From an uncultured delta proteobacterium (GTDB taxonomy: Bacteria; Desulfobacterota; Binatia; UBA9968): DNA of 64,000 bases. Location of the stretch: positions 64,001-128,000 of the forward strand of contig CAVYTU010000012.1 in NCBI GenBank assembly GCA_963771465.1. The letters run 5' to 3'. The notes beneath the pieces are model-generated. The model had not been told where the DNA came from, ran no database searches, and saw only the letters and a list, made by a program, of their open reading frames with translations. A program made the position numbers and the translations under genes. Positions 10,494-21,342 of this stretch are shown piece by piece; the stretch's first letter is position 1, and every line of letters starts with the position of its first letter.

Positions 10494-11357
10494 ATGGAAC
10501 TACAGTCCAATCCAGAACCTTTTTGCGTATACACGCCGGCGTCGCAGTTAACTGACCCGACTCGACTCGTTCGAGATATGTTGGGGGATATCGCCGCGTC
10601 GCGCGAATTGGCTTGGCGACTGCTCGTGCGCAACATCAGTTCGCGCTACCGCCATACATTATTCGGTTACGTCTGGGCATTTTTGCCGCCGGTACTTTCA
10701 ACCGCCGTGTTCGTGTATTTGCAGCAAAGCGGTTACTTCACCGTGGGCCAAACGCCGGTACCCTATGCGGTATTTCTTTTTGCCGGCTTGATCCTTTGGC
10801 AGGTTTTCTGCGATGCCATCGCGATGCCGTTGCGCATGGTGCAGCAATCCTATTCCATACTCACTAAAGTCAATTTTCCACGCGAAGCGCTGATCATTGC
10901 CGGTGTCGGCGAAGTGCTGTTCGGCTTCGTCATCCGATTCGCGTTGCTGCTTTGTGCCTTATTCTGGTTCAACATTGGCGTTTCATCGTCGATGCTGCTG
11001 GTTCCTCTCGGTGTCGGCGCGCTGATCGGTCTCGGCGTCGGTTTGGGACTCGTGATCACTCCGGTTGGTATCCTCTATCATGACGTCGGTCAAAGCCTGC
11101 CTTTTGTCCTTTACCTCCTGATGTTTCTCACGCCGGTACTTTATCCGGTGCCGCAGTCGCAGTCGGGTTCATTTGCGTGGATGTGGAATCCGATCAGTCC
11201 CATGTTGGATACGACCCGGGCATGGCTCTTATCCGTGCCGGCGGAATATCTGACCGGATTCCTAATAACCACAGCTTTGGCGATTTTCACGCTGCTTATC
11301 GGCTGGTTGCTTTATCGTCTGGCCCTGCCCATCTTGCTTGAGCGAATGAGCGCCTAA
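10494..11357 (+). CDS. wzm: Polysaccharide ABC exporter permease (Wzm)
   Basis: RNISSRYRHTLFGYVWAFLPP, KVNFPRE, MFLTPVLYP, NPISP; six TM helices; adjacent to wzt. Confidence 0.9.
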   Translation: MELQSNPEPFCVYTPASQLTDPTRLVRDMLGDIAASRELAWRLLVRNISSRYRHTLFGYVWAFLPPVLSTAVFVYLQQSGYFTVGQTPVPYAVFLFAGLILWQVFCDAIAMPLRMVQQSYSILTKVNFPREALIIAGVGEVLFGFVIRFALLLCALFWFNIGVSSSMLLVPLGVGALIGLGVGLGLVITPVGILYHDVGQSLPFVLYLLMFLTPVLYPVPQSQSGSFAWMWNPISPMLDTTRAWLLSVPAEYLTGFLITTALAIFTLLIGWLLYRLALPILLERMSA

Positions 11358-11359
11358 CT

Positions 11360-12631
11360 ATGGTTGAATCCCCAGGGGTCAAGGTCGAGCAAGTCTCAAA
11401 AAAATTCTGCCGGCGGCTGCGTTATTCGCTGTGGTATGGCTTGGTCGATCTCGGGGCGGAATTGACGGCGCAGAATGGCAACGGCGAATTACGCCTGCGC
11501 CACGCGGAGTTTCTCGCCGTCGACGATGTTTCTTTCGAATTGCGCCGCGGCGAGTGTGTCGGCTTGATCGGCCATAACGGCGCGGGCAAGAGCACGCTGC
11601 TTAAAATGCTCAACGGCCTGGTTCGTCCCGACAAAGGAAAAATCACCATGCGCGGCCGCGTCGGCGCGCTGATCGAGCTCGGCGCCGGTTTTAGCCCGAT
11701 TCTCACCGGACGCGAGAATGTTTACATCAACGGAGCGGTGCTCGGTTTTTCGAAGGGCGAGATCGACGCTAAGTTCGATGAGATCGTCGACTTTGCCGAG
11801 CTCGACGACGCCATCGACGCGCCGGTGCAAACCTACAGCTCCGGCATGTACGTTCGCCTCGGCTTCGCCGTGGCGGCGCAGCTGAATCCAGATATTTTCT
11901 TGATCGATGAACTGTTGGCGGTCGGCGATACTGGGTTTCGCATGAAATGTTTTCAGCATCTGCTCGACATGAAAGACGCGGGCAAGTCGATTGTGGTCGT
12001 CTCGCATAACATGATCGATATCAACCGCGTCTGCGACCGGGTCGTGGTGTTGGAGGGCGGCAGGAAGATTTACGACGGCGATGTGTCGTCGGGGATCGCG
12101 ACCTATGAAAGTCTTTCGTCAAAGCGCGGTCACACAGTGCGCCAGCTTGACCCGAACGCCGCCGCATGGATTGACAAGGTCGAGCTTTTCGATAGCGCGG
12201 GCAACCGGCGCGAAGAATATTCGACCGGCGAGGATTTGCTCGCCGAAGTGACCTTGTCGGCGAAACGACCAGTCACGAGTGCGCGGATCATCGTTCACGT
12301 CATGACGCCGTCGTTAGGCACGCTCGGCTCCTTCGCTTCGCCGCATAACGGCTTTACTTTCGATATTGAGCCGCCGGGCGCGGTACTGCGTTTTCGCATG
12401 CCTAAGCTGCCGTTGTTGATCGGCAGTTACAACTTGATGATGAGCTTGTACGGTCCCGGGATTAAGGATTTTCTCCATGCTATGACCGATGCGGCAACAT
12501 TCAAGATCGTCGCCCCGGCGGTGGATACCTTTGGCTACGGCGTTTGCCACACGGTGAATTTCGAGCATGAGTGGGAGTTGGTCAATTTCGATCGAGAGAA
12601 ACAATTGCTGGCGGCTCGGTCGCGCTGCTAA
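11360..12631 (+). CDS. wzt: Polysaccharide ABC exporter ATPase (Wzt) with C-terminal carbohydrate-binding domain
   Basis: GHNGAGKST, YSSGMYVRLGF, IDELLAVGD; about 160 aa Ig-like C-terminal extension. Confidence 0.92.
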   Translation: MVESPGVKVEQVSKKFCRRLRYSLWYGLVDLGAELTAQNGNGELRLRHAEFLAVDDVSFELRRGECVGLIGHNGAGKSTLLKMLNGLVRPDKGKITMRGRVGALIELGAGFSPILTGRENVYINGAVLGFSKGEIDAKFDEIVDFAELDDAIDAPVQTYSSGMYVRLGFAVAAQLNPDIFLIDELLAVGDTGFRMKCFQHLLDMKDAGKSIVVVSHNMIDINRVCDRVVVLEGGRKIYDGDVSSGIATYESLSSKRGHTVRQLDPNAAAWIDKVELFDSAGNRREEYSTGEDLLAEVTLSAKRPVTSARIIVHVMTPSLGTLGSFASPHNGFTFDIEPPGAVLRFRMPKLPLLIGSYNLMMSLYGPGIKDFLHAMTDAATFKIVAPAVDTFGYGVCHTVNFEHEWELVNFDREKQLLAARSRC

Positions 12632-12887
12632 CCCAGCGAAACGACCAGAAACAGATTCGTGTACGCTATCTTTCGCGACAAAAATGAAATAATGAACTTG
12701 TCGCTCGCTTCACTCAAACGACGCATCGGTCGGTTTGCAACGAGGATGGCGCGCCGCGCCACGATGGGCGAAGCCGGCAGCGAGAGTCGGGTGATTTCGC
12801 TTCGGCGAAGATCGTTAGGTCGTTGAGGATGAATTGGTGATTTCTATCGAAGCGAGATCGAAAGATGTGGTGTTGGAAGATGCGGCT

Positions 12888-13910
12888 TTACTTGGCGTAG
12901 AGTAACTTTTCGTACAGCTTCACATACTGCGGGACCACCACCGACTCGGAGAAGAATTTTTCGGCGCGGTGGCGCGCCGCGGCGCCGAATTGCCGTAGGG
13001 TTCCCGGCGAATCGGCGAGGCCTCTGCAGGCGGCGGCAAACTGATCGGTGTTATCAGGCTCACAGAGGATGCCGCTGACGCCATCTTCGACGACTTCCGG
13101 CAGCGATGAGATACGCGCGGCAATAATCGGCTTGGCGCAGGCCATCGCTTCCAACGGCGCGATCGGCAGACCTTCGAGCCGGGACGGAAAAAGCAGAGCG
13201 TCGCAAGCTTGATAGGTTTCCACGAGCGCGCGGTCGCCGGTTAGCTTGCCGATGGAAATCATGTTCGCGGGAATATCGTTGACGCTGCCGTCGCGCAGCC
13301 CGGTAGTGAAGCGCAGCTCGAAATCGCCACCGAGCGCGCGCATAATCGGTGCCAGCAGATCGGCGCCCTTTCTTCTGGTCAGGTTACCGACATAGAGCAG
13401 CTTAAAGGGCTTGGCCGGATCGGCTGTTCCATTTTGCGGACGGAAAATTTCGCAGTCGACGAAATTGCCAATGACTTGGGCTGAGACAAACGGGACCGTC
13501 TGCGCGAGACTTGTTGCTGTGGCCTGGCTTACCGCGGTAACGGCCGAGGCCGCCGCGAAAGATTTTTTCATGAACCGGCGCACAAGGGTTTGGTGAAAGG
13601 TAGCCTGCGCGATGCTTTTGTAAGGCCGATAGATGGGATCTAGGACGTCGAGCTGCTCGCTGACCACCAGCGGCAGATTGTTTCTTTTGAATGCATAACC
13701 CGACCAAGAGAGTGAGTGGACGATATTGGCCTCTAGCGGCCGTGTGACACCGGCCAGGAGAAATGGTGCAAACTGAAAATAGGTCGAAAACCAAGAAATC
13801 TCAGCGCCGACGCCATAACGTTGCAGTGCCTGCGCCAAACGGCTGGTATGAATATCGATCCCGCTACCGCCGCGGATCGTGGGAAGCCAGACTCTTATCT
13901 TTTGCTCCAT
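12888..13910 (-). CDS. GT4 glycosyltransferase
   Basis: YVGNLTRRKG, PSRLEGLPIAPLEAMAC. Confidence 0.9.
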   Translation of the reverse strand: MEQKIRVWLPTIRGGSGIDIHTSRLAQALQRYGVGAEISWFSTYFQFAPFLLAGVTRPLEANIVHSLSWSGYAFKRNNLPLVVSEQLDVLDPIYRPYKSIAQATFHQTLVRRFMKKSFAAASAVTAVSQATATSLAQTVPFVSAQVIGNFVDCEIFRPQNGTADPAKPFKLLYVGNLTRRKGADLLAPIMRALGGDFELRFTTGLRDGSVNDIPANMISIGKLTGDRALVETYQACDALLFPSRLEGLPIAPLEAMACAKPIIAARISSLPEVVEDGVSGILCEPDNTDQFAAACRGLADSPGTLRQFGAAARHRAEKFFSESVVVPQYVKLYEKLLYAK

Positions 13911-14090
13911 GAATACGTCGTGCTGATTAACGTAAGCTATCGAGGATTATGGGATACGTCATTTCTACGAAGGTATACCTTGATATCTGATTATTTTGAA
14001 ACTGGTAGTAGTCAAATAATCGATATGCGCCTGCATCTGAGCATGTTTTCCTAAGTCGTCATCAATGGAATTCCATGAAGGGATTCGCCG

Positions 14091-15345
14091 ATGCGCATAG
14101 CGATTATCAGTAAAGCCGATCGGTTTGGCGGCGGCGCCAGCCGGGTTGCGGAAGAGCTGTGCGCGTTGCTCCAAGCCAGCGGGCATACCGCGCATCAATA
14201 TGTTTCTAGCGCTGTCGATCTCAAATCCGATATGAAATCCCTTTACGGCGGCCGATGGATTGGCAAAGGCGTAGGCTTCGCTCATCTCATTACCCAAAGG
14301 CTCGGGCTGCAAGAGATTATTCCTTGGGAGTATTTCATCCTCCGATTCGCCAATGGGTTAATGGATTATGATCTGGTCCATTTCCATGATTTGTCGTCGG
14401 CGGTATCTCCATTGACAGTGCGATGGGTGGCCCGACGAATTCCGACGGTTTGGACGTTTCACGACTACGCGGCTTTTACCGGTGGATGTATCTTCCCAAT
14501 GGACTGCGCCAAATATCTATCCAGCTGTGGTGCTTGCCCTCAAATGGATCTTTGGCCGCTCAGCCGGTCAATGGGTATCGATTTCACCAGAACGATGCTT
14601 CGCCTTAAGCGAAATGCATTTCGAAATGTTGCCGTTCATGTCGTCGCGCCCAGTCGATGGATGGCGGAAACCGCGCGCGGCTCGGGATTCCAATTCGAAC
14701 ACCTAAGCATTATTCCGTACGGCATCGATGTGTCACTTTACCGGCCTGTGGACAAGTTGAAGGTGCGCCAGCGGTTGGGCCTGGTTACGACAAAGCCCGT
14801 GGTATTACTATCGGCGGGTGACATTACTGACAAACGCAAAGGGACGATTTACGCGATTGAAGCACTTAAAAAATGCTACCCGCAGCTCGATCCGCTCGTC
14901 TTAGTTGTCGGAAAAATGAACGCTAGACGCCAGGCAGCTGTTCGACGCGATTGAGGTTTTCGAAACCGGCTATTTAACCGACGATAAAAAGAAAGCCGAA
15001 TATTTTGCCGCAGCAGATGTGTTCTTGTTTTGCCCGCTGGATGACAATATACCGCTTACTATTCTGGAAACCATGGCGACCCAGACTCCGATGGTGGGAT
15101 TCGCCACCGGAGGCATACCGGAAGTTGTTGAACATCAAAAGTCCGGCTATTTGGCGAGCAAGGGGGATGTGCAAGGCGTTGTCGAAGGCTTGCGACTTGC
15201 TTTCCATGAGAAACGGCTTGCCCTATGGGGAGCCGCCGGCCGTAAAAAACTCGAGAGCCATTATACCCATGAGATCTTCTTGGAGAGTCACCTCAGACTG
15301 TACGGTGAGTTAACTCGGCAAGAGCCGTCGTCGCAAATTCGTTAA
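14091..15345 (+). CDS. GT4 glycosyltransferase, split by a +1 indel near 14924
   Basis: N-part GGASRVA, VWTFHD, GGC; removing one base at GCT-A-GAC joins it to YFAAADVFLFCPLDDNIPLTILETMATQTP (stop 15345). Confidence 0.8.
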
Positions 15346-15603
15346 CCGCCAGTCGTGATTAGGATGACAAAGAGCGCATGTTCGGGAGAGGCTATTTGAC
15401 GTAGAGTGTCGAGTGAGGGCGAGTGACGCCGATAGCAGCTCTAACTTGCCTTCGCATAGGCGGGAAATCGGCGCATTCTCCATGGTCCGCGTTTGTTACG
15501 GGACGGTCATTAAGACAAATACGTTGGCTTCTTGATAATTCCATAGATTCTTATTGAAGGCCATCGTGAAGGACAGTAAAATTGCATTTCGATTCGAATA
15601 CCT

Positions 15604-16557
15604 GTGTATGACGTAAGTGAAGATTCGGTTTTGAAATTTCCTGTCTCAGTTTTTGCGCAGCCGTCGCCGATAGCTGATTCTGAGACGGATTTACGCCAAT
15701 CGCAGCCGTCTCCGATAACACCAAGACCCGACACCCATATTCCCAAAGGAACAAAATTGAGAAAGCCGTTTCGGAGATGGATTCAAGCGTACGTGCACGG
15801 GCTGCTTAAAAAATATTCTTCGGTGCGTGAGGATGAGATTCAAGCGTTGCAAAGCCGTGTTAAAGCAGCCGAATATCTGCTGGATTTCGTAGCCGCGGAC
15901 GAGATCAATCGTTGGCTCTACGGCAATCGGCGGGAGCGCATGGATGCGACCGTGCCGTTTTTCGACCGAACACGCCGGGAATTTCACCTCGATCGTTATC
16001 GCTTTGCCTCTGCCCGAGTGGCTGGCAGCAGGGTGCTCGATTGCGCCAGCGGGACGGGATACGGGATTAGATACCTCATCGAGACCGGTAAGGCCGCCAG
16101 CGGTATCGGCGTCGAAATTGATACTCAGGCGGTTGAGTATGCGCTTCAGCGGCACCGAGTTCAGGGAGCGGCTTTCGTCTGCGCGTCGGGCGACTGCATG
16201 CCCTTGCCCGATGCATGCGTCGATGTTGTTACTTCTTTTGAAACGATTGAGCACGTTGCGGATGACGAACGGTTAATCGATGAGTTTCATAGAGTGCTGC
16301 GGCCCAACGGTTTGCTGTTTATTTCGACACCAAACCATTGGCCGCTGGCGGTATCGCCCTACCATGTGCGCGAGTACGACAAGAACTCTTTTCTCAAAGT
16401 TCTTGATCGATATTTCCACTGTTTGGAGTTGTACAATCAAAACTCCGGTTCGCCGACGCCTTATAATCATGACCAGCCGGCTGGGATAGTTGCTACAGCA
16501 GCAGCCAATGAGCATCTGGCCGAATGCTACTTGGCGGTTTGTCGCAGCAAGCCTTGA
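15604..16557 (+). CDS. Class I SAM-dependent methyltransferase (glycan-locus type)
   Basis: HLDRYRFA, VLDCASGTGYG, SFETIEH, ISTPN, HVREY; start codon uncertain. Confidence 0.88.
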   Translation: MYDVSEDSVLKFPVSVFAQPSPIADSETDLRQSQPSPITPRPDTHIPKGTKLRKPFRRWIQAYVHGLLKKYSSVREDEIQALQSRVKAAEYLLDFVAADEINRWLYGNRRERMDATVPFFDRTRREFHLDRYRFASARVAGSRVLDCASGTGYGIRYLIETGKAASGIGVEIDTQAVEYALQRHRVQGAAFVCASGDCMPLPDACVDVVTSFETIEHVADDERLIDEFHRVLRPNGLLFISTPNHWPLAVSPYHVREYDKNSFLKVLDRYFHCLELYNQNSGSPTPYNHDQPAGIVATAAANEHLAECYLAVCRSKP

Positions 16558-16569
16558 TGATAGATCGGT

Positions 16570-17859
16570 TTGCCACAGTTTAGTAAGACGCGCGGAAATT
16601 TGTCGTTGACTGACACAAGAAACATACAGATCGCTATCATCGGGACTCCTGAGCATGAAGGGCGCATGTGTGGTCGCGCCTTTGAAATTCTCGGTGTCGC
16701 GCCCATCTACCTCGATCCGTCTCAGCCGTTGATACCGACAGCGCCCCCACCCAATGTAGTCTTGATCAGCCGAGAGTGGAGCGTCGACCTCCGCCATGCC
16801 GCCATCGCAGCGCGCCGTCAGGGCATCCCGGTAATCTACATAATGGACGGCGTTATCGAGTGGGCCTATTTCTGGCAGAACTCAGGATTCGTCAAGCCCG
16901 AAGGAACAGTGCTTCAACCGTTGATTGCCAGCGATCTTTGCGTGATCGGACAGCACCCGGCGAGAATCCTTGCGGCGCTGGGATTGGCCGACAAGATTCA
17001 TGTGGTCGGCTTGCCGCGCCTGGATGGATTGAGACGTCAGCGGATAATCGACCAGGAGCAGCCTCCGCGCATCGTAGTGGCCACGGCAAAGACCTTTGGA
17101 CACAACACGGCACATAAAGTGTACGTCCGTGCCGCGTTGCGCGATCTCAAGAACTGGTTCGACGGACACCCGGAATTGAATGCGGTCTGGCGAATTACGG
17201 AAGAGTTGGCCGCGGAACTATCGGTTACGCCCTCGACAACCGGCGCACTTACAGATGCTTTGCAGAGCGCGAATGGGGTTATTTCGTTTACTTCGACGGT
17301 GTTGCTCGAAGCCATGCTCTTGGGGATTCCCACGGCACAGATCGATTACCGAGCCGTGCCGCAGTACGTCGAGACCGCCTGGGAGATTCGTTGTGCCGAG
17401 CATCTCGACGGTGTGATTCAAGAATTATTATTCCCCCCGCCAGAAAGACTTGCATTGCAGGATGCACACCTACGCGATGAACTCGCGTCTGGTGATGCAT
17501 CGGCGCGACTCGCGGCGGTGTTGCGTGACGCTGCCGGCGGTACGCATGATGCGGCACAGTCGCAAAGTCAGACTGCTCTAATGACGGGCCAACTCGATTT
17601 TCGCCAGATCCATTCGCATCTCTCGGCATTTTCAGTATCTCCAGCGGCGAGGCTCCAATATGAATTGGATGCCACTTACAAACTGTGGGAGCGGGACCGA
17701 CATCAATTCCGAATCGCGCAGACAAAAGTCGCTGATCTGCGTCGTGCAATTGATTTCATCGCTCAAGAACCGTGCATTCGACTATTGCAGAAGCTTAATT
17801 GGCTGCCAGGATTCCGACGAACGGCGCGCGTGTTAAAGCACCTGATTAGCCAAGAGTAG
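16570..17859 (+). CDS. GT-B-fold-like surface polysaccharide biosynthesis protein
   Basis: IMDG, VVGLPRLD, FTSTVLLEAMLLGIPT resemble capsule-synthesis/CDP-glycerol transferase-type GT-B motifs; helical C-terminal tail. Confidence 0.55.
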   Translation: MPQFSKTRGNLSLTDTRNIQIAIIGTPEHEGRMCGRAFEILGVAPIYLDPSQPLIPTAPPPNVVLISREWSVDLRHAAIAARRQGIPVIYIMDGVIEWAYFWQNSGFVKPEGTVLQPLIASDLCVIGQHPARILAALGLADKIHVVGLPRLDGLRRQRIIDQEQPPRIVVATAKTFGHNTAHKVYVRAALRDLKNWFDGHPELNAVWRITEELAAELSVTPSTTGALTDALQSANGVISFTSTVLLEAMLLGIPTAQIDYRAVPQYVETAWEIRCAEHLDGVIQELLFPPPERLALQDAHLRDELASGDASARLAAVLRDAAGGTHDAAQSQSQTALMTGQLDFRQIHSHLSAFSVSPAARLQYELDATYKLWERDRHQFRIAQTKVADLRRAIDFIAQEPCIRLLQKLNWLPGFRRTARVLKHLISQE

Positions 17860-17869
17860 AGAGCTACAT

Positions 17870-20269
17870 TTGCCAATAAACCCAGCCGTGATTGTACCCG
17901 TGCCGGAGATCCCTGAATCTGAGCTTGGCGCGCACCCATGCTCTGCTGATTGGGAAGAGGGCATCGGGACTGCCGTTAGTTTCACTGACAACCAGCAGGG
18001 CAACAATGATTTTGTCGCTTCTGTTCTGCGATGTAACTACGCCGAGGCATGCCGGCAGCGCGACTGCGTTCCACTATCAACAGGCTGGCGTGTGTGGGCT
18101 GCGACGAAGTCGGCTTATCTTTTACGACAACTCTTTCGCATTACGGCTTGGACGATGGATTCTGCGGTGGGTTCGGTTCGAACCATTCGTAGTTTGCGCG
18201 CAGATGTCGGGCTCTGCGACAGCGCAGACGTAGTGAGTTTCGACGTTTTCGACACGCTACTCTATCGCACGGTCGAGCCGCCAGAACAGTTGAAGCGTTT
18301 GGTGGCGAACTTTGCAGCCGAACGTTATTCCGCTCGAGGCTATCCTGTGACGGCTGAACTGATTCTGTACTTAAGGAATGAAAGCGAATGGCGCCAACGA
18401 CGCGTCGCGCAAAGCGCTGGCTCCGATATGGAATGCAAGCTGTTCGAGATAATTCACGAAGTGCTATATCGTTTGTTTGGCGCTGACGTGGCTGATTCGG
18501 ACGCTGGTTTGCTGGTGCAAAACGAACTCGACATGGAGCGACAACACTTGCGGGTGGCGGACGGTGTTGCGGAAATGCTTCAGGAACTAAAGTCACGTGG
18601 TAAACGATTATCGCCACGAGCGACACCTATCTCGAACAACCCACCTGCAAGAACTATTTGCCAATTGGGGATCGGCCGTTGGATCGACGCGATCTATCCA
18701 TCATCGGAACATGGCTTGAGCAAATACTCGGGACGGTTGTTTCAAGAAATACTAAAGACTGAAGGCATTCATCCACAACGGATGATTCATGTCGGCGATA
18801 CTTACCAGAGTGACGTCCGTGGCGCCGTCAAGGCGGGTGTGCCAGCGGTCTTTCTATTCGACGTTGAACGCCTTCGGCGCCGCCGCCGGGTCGCGCACGA
18901 AATGGTGCCGTTCGTCATACGAAATTCGCCGGCGATAGCGCTTACGTCGCAAAAGTCCTCCGCATTGGTGTTGGTGCTGGCCCAAATGGACCGCCAACCA
19001 GAGATCTACCGGATTGGCTACGAAATCCTTGGCCCAGCATTTACGCTATTTGTCCTCGACGTGATCCACGAAGCTGAACGGATTGGCGCCGCCGATATTT
19101 ATTACTTGGCACGGGAAGGCCATTTGTTTCGTCAGCTCCACGAAATCTTGGCGACACGACTTCCGGCGCTAACACACCTGCCGCGAGTACAGCATCATTA
19201 TCTTTACGTTAGCCGGCTCGCAACCAGCCTGCCGGCGATTCGCACATTGAGCCCACGAGAGTTGCATTTGGCGGCTTATCGCGATCGACATGCGACATTA
19301 GCTGAATGCATCGATGCGTTCGGACTTGATGCTGCTGAGTTTGCCGACTTGGGGATTGATTTTAATAACCGCGACGAAACCGCAAGAGCAAATCTATTTG
19401 CCCATCCAGAATTCGCAAGTCGTGTGCATGAGCGTGCGGAAGCGGCGCGGGCACGCCTTCGTAGTTATCTGGTTCAGGAAGGGTTGTTTAACGCTCAGCA
19501 TGTCAAAGTTCTGGTCGACATCGGCTGGAACGCAACAATTCAAGCCAACTTAACCAACGCCTTTGAGGATGATCCCGAGTTTCCCATGTTAGTTGGTTAT
19601 TACTTTGGTCGAAGGTATCGCCACGAAGAATATACGGTCTCGCCGCGGAGTCTATTCATGCCGGGGCGGTTCTTCGATCAGAAACGACCGGCCGGTGCGG
19701 AACATGCTATCGGCCACTGTCTAGAGTTATTCGAACTCGCCGCCACGGCTCCGCACGGGGCCACGTTGACGTATCAAGAAATTGACGCGCGGATTGCGCC
19801 GGTGCTGAGCAACGAAGGCGCACAGCTTTCGGATGAGCAGAAATTGCTACAGTCCGGAATCGTGGACTACGCTCTCAACTTCACACAGGCTCAAAGCCTC
19901 GCCGGCTTTAATAATAATATTGATGCGCTACGAGGGCAGTCGGTCCACAGCCTTGCGCAGCTAATATTGCGACCGAATTCGGTGCAAGCCGGCGCTCTCA
20001 GAAATCTCTCTCATTCTCTCGATTGGGGGTCGAAGAAGCACCGCCGCTTGGTCTCGGCTAGTATCGGTCCCCTGCTGATGTTCACGCCGCGGCGCTTCTA
20101 CGATGCGCTGAAGGAAAGTTATTGGCTTGAAGGCTGTATGCGGGCGTCGCGGATTCCCGGTGCTTTGGTTTGTTTGTTGCTCGTTCGGCGCGCGATCCGC
20201 CTTACAGAAATGTTTGTGCGCGTTCGTCGCGCTGCTAACCATTACTTTCAACCAAAATCGATAGTTTAA
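17870..20269 (+). CDS. HAD phosphatase + phosphoribosyltransferase-like fusion; probable ribofuranosyltransferase (PRP-gPRT)
   Basis: SFDVFDTLLYR, HVGD..SD (HAD); YYLAREG and VLVDIGWNATIQ (PRT loop-like). Local compensated frameshift at about 18605-18660 hides the IIATSDTYL motif. Confidence 0.7.
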   Translation: MPINPAVIVPVPEIPESELGAHPCSADWEEGIGTAVSFTDNQQGNNDFVASVLRCNYAEACRQRDCVPLSTGWRVWAATKSAYLLRQLFRITAWTMDSAVGSVRTIRSLRADVGLCDSADVVSFDVFDTLLYRTVEPPEQLKRLVANFAAERYSARGYPVTAELILYLRNESEWRQRRVAQSAGSDMECKLFEIIHEVLYRLFGADVADSDAGLLVQNELDMERQHLRVADGVAEMLQELKSRGKRLSPRATPISNNPPARTICQLGIGRWIDAIYPSSEHGLSKYSGRLFQEILKTEGIHPQRMIHVGDTYQSDVRGAVKAGVPAVFLFDVERLRRRRRVAHEMVPFVIRNSPAIALTSQKSSALVLVLAQMDRQPEIYRIGYEILGPAFTLFVLDVIHEAERIGAADIYYLAREGHLFRQLHEILATRLPALTHLPRVQHHYLYVSRLATSLPAIRTLSPRELHLAAYRDRHATLAECIDAFGLDAAEFADLGIDFNNRDETARANLFAHPEFASRVHERAEAARARLRSYLVQEGLFNAQHVKVLVDIGWNATIQANLTNAFEDDPEFPMLVGYYFGRRYRHEEYTVSPRSLFMPGRFFDQKRPAGAEHAIGHCLELFELAATAPHGATLTYQEIDARIAPVLSNEGAQLSDEQKLLQSGIVDYALNFTQAQSLAGFNNNIDALRGQSVHSLAQLILRPNSVQAGALRNLSHSLDWGSKKHRRLVSASIGPLLMFTPRRFYDALKESYWLEGCMRASRIPGALVCLLLVRRAIRLTEMFVRVRRAANHYFQPKSIV

Positions 20270-20318
20270 TGAGAGCCCACTATGAGTCAAAGGCGATTTT
20301 CCGACGAGGAGGCAATGT

Positions 20319-21110
20319 GTGATTGTTAGCGCAATCGTGGTTTTCATCTTTGGCGCGCTCGTTGGTAGTTTTTTGAACGTTTGCATTGGCCGCATCCCCA
20401 ACGGAGAGTCGATCGTGACACCGCCGTCCCACTGTCCGAAGTGCAAAACGCCGATCGCGTTCTATGACAACGTGCCGCTGCTCAGTTTTCTTTTTTTGCG
20501 CGGCCGCTGTCGATCGTGCAGTGAGCGGATCTCGCCTCGCTATTTTATTATCGAGCTATTAACGGCGTTACTCGCGTTGGCGGTGTTTCACTGGTTCGGT
20601 TTCAGTTTCAGCTTCTTCGTAAGTTTCGTCTTTGTTGCGGCGCTTATCGTGATTTCCTTTATCGACTTGGATGTCCGGATCGTTCCTGATGTTATCAGCT
20701 TGCCCGGCATCATCCTCGGACTTGCGTGCTCCGTTATTGGTTATTTTTATTTCCGCGACGGTTTGAACGTCATTCCAACGCCAATCAGTTCGCTCATAGG
20801 CATCCTTGCGGGTGGCGGTTTTTTGCTGGCTACGGCGTGGATCTACGAGAAGTTTACCGGAGTCGACGGCATGGGCGGCGGCGACATAAAACTGTTGGCG
20901 ATGATCGGCGCATTTCTCGGATGGCCTTCGATTCCAGTCACGCTCTTTATCGCGTCATTACTGGGCTCAGTGGTTGGGATTGCCTGCATGGTAATCACCG
21001 GCGCCGGGCGTCGCTTGGCCTTGCCGTTCGCGCCGTTTCTCTGCTCTGGCGCGCTGATCTACCTTTTTTATGGCGAGCAAATTATTGATTTTTATATCTC
21101 TCCATCCTAA
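20319..21110 (+). CDS. pilD: Prepilin peptidase / N-methyltransferase
   Basis: GSFLNV, SHCPKC, GRCRSC, IDLD, GMGGGDIKL, PFAPFL. Confidence 0.95.
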   Translation: MIVSAIVVFIFGALVGSFLNVCIGRIPNGESIVTPPSHCPKCKTPIAFYDNVPLLSFLFLRGRCRSCSERISPRYFIIELLTALLALAVFHWFGFSFSFFVSFVFVAALIVISFIDLDVRIVPDVISLPGIILGLACSVIGYFYFRDGLNVIPTPISSLIGILAGGGFLLATAWIYEKFTGVDGMGGGDIKLLAMIGAFLGWPSIPVTLFIASLLGSVVGIACMVITGAGRRLALPFAPFLCSGALIYLFYGEQIIDFYISPS

Positions 21111-21258
21111 GCCGCACCGACATTGGTCCTGCCAAAAACCGTCACTTGCGCGTTTTTTGTTACGTTATTCAGTTTCCTTCGCCCCACATTTGGGAAGGAC
21201 AGAGGCAAATTAGCGCCAACGTTACACGCAATCCCTGACATCTCAGTCTCCTGTCCCA

Positions 21259-21275
21259 TTGGTCCGCCAATTGCT
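21259..21275 (+). promoter_or_regulatory. Candidate sigma-54 promoter of the minor pilin genes
   Basis: TTGGTCCGCCAATTGCT: GG-N10-GC with TTGC at -12, about 70 nt upstream of fimT. Confidence 0.55.
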
Positions 21276-21342
21276 CGTTAAATAATCGATTCATGGTGCT
21301 TAGAAGGTCGCCTGAAAAGTCATTGAGAACGTAGATACCAGG

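Noticed and set aside
14952-14954. TGA in the GT4 as possible selenocysteine or readthrough
   Set aside because: The downstream homology is in a different frame; a +1 indel explains it.
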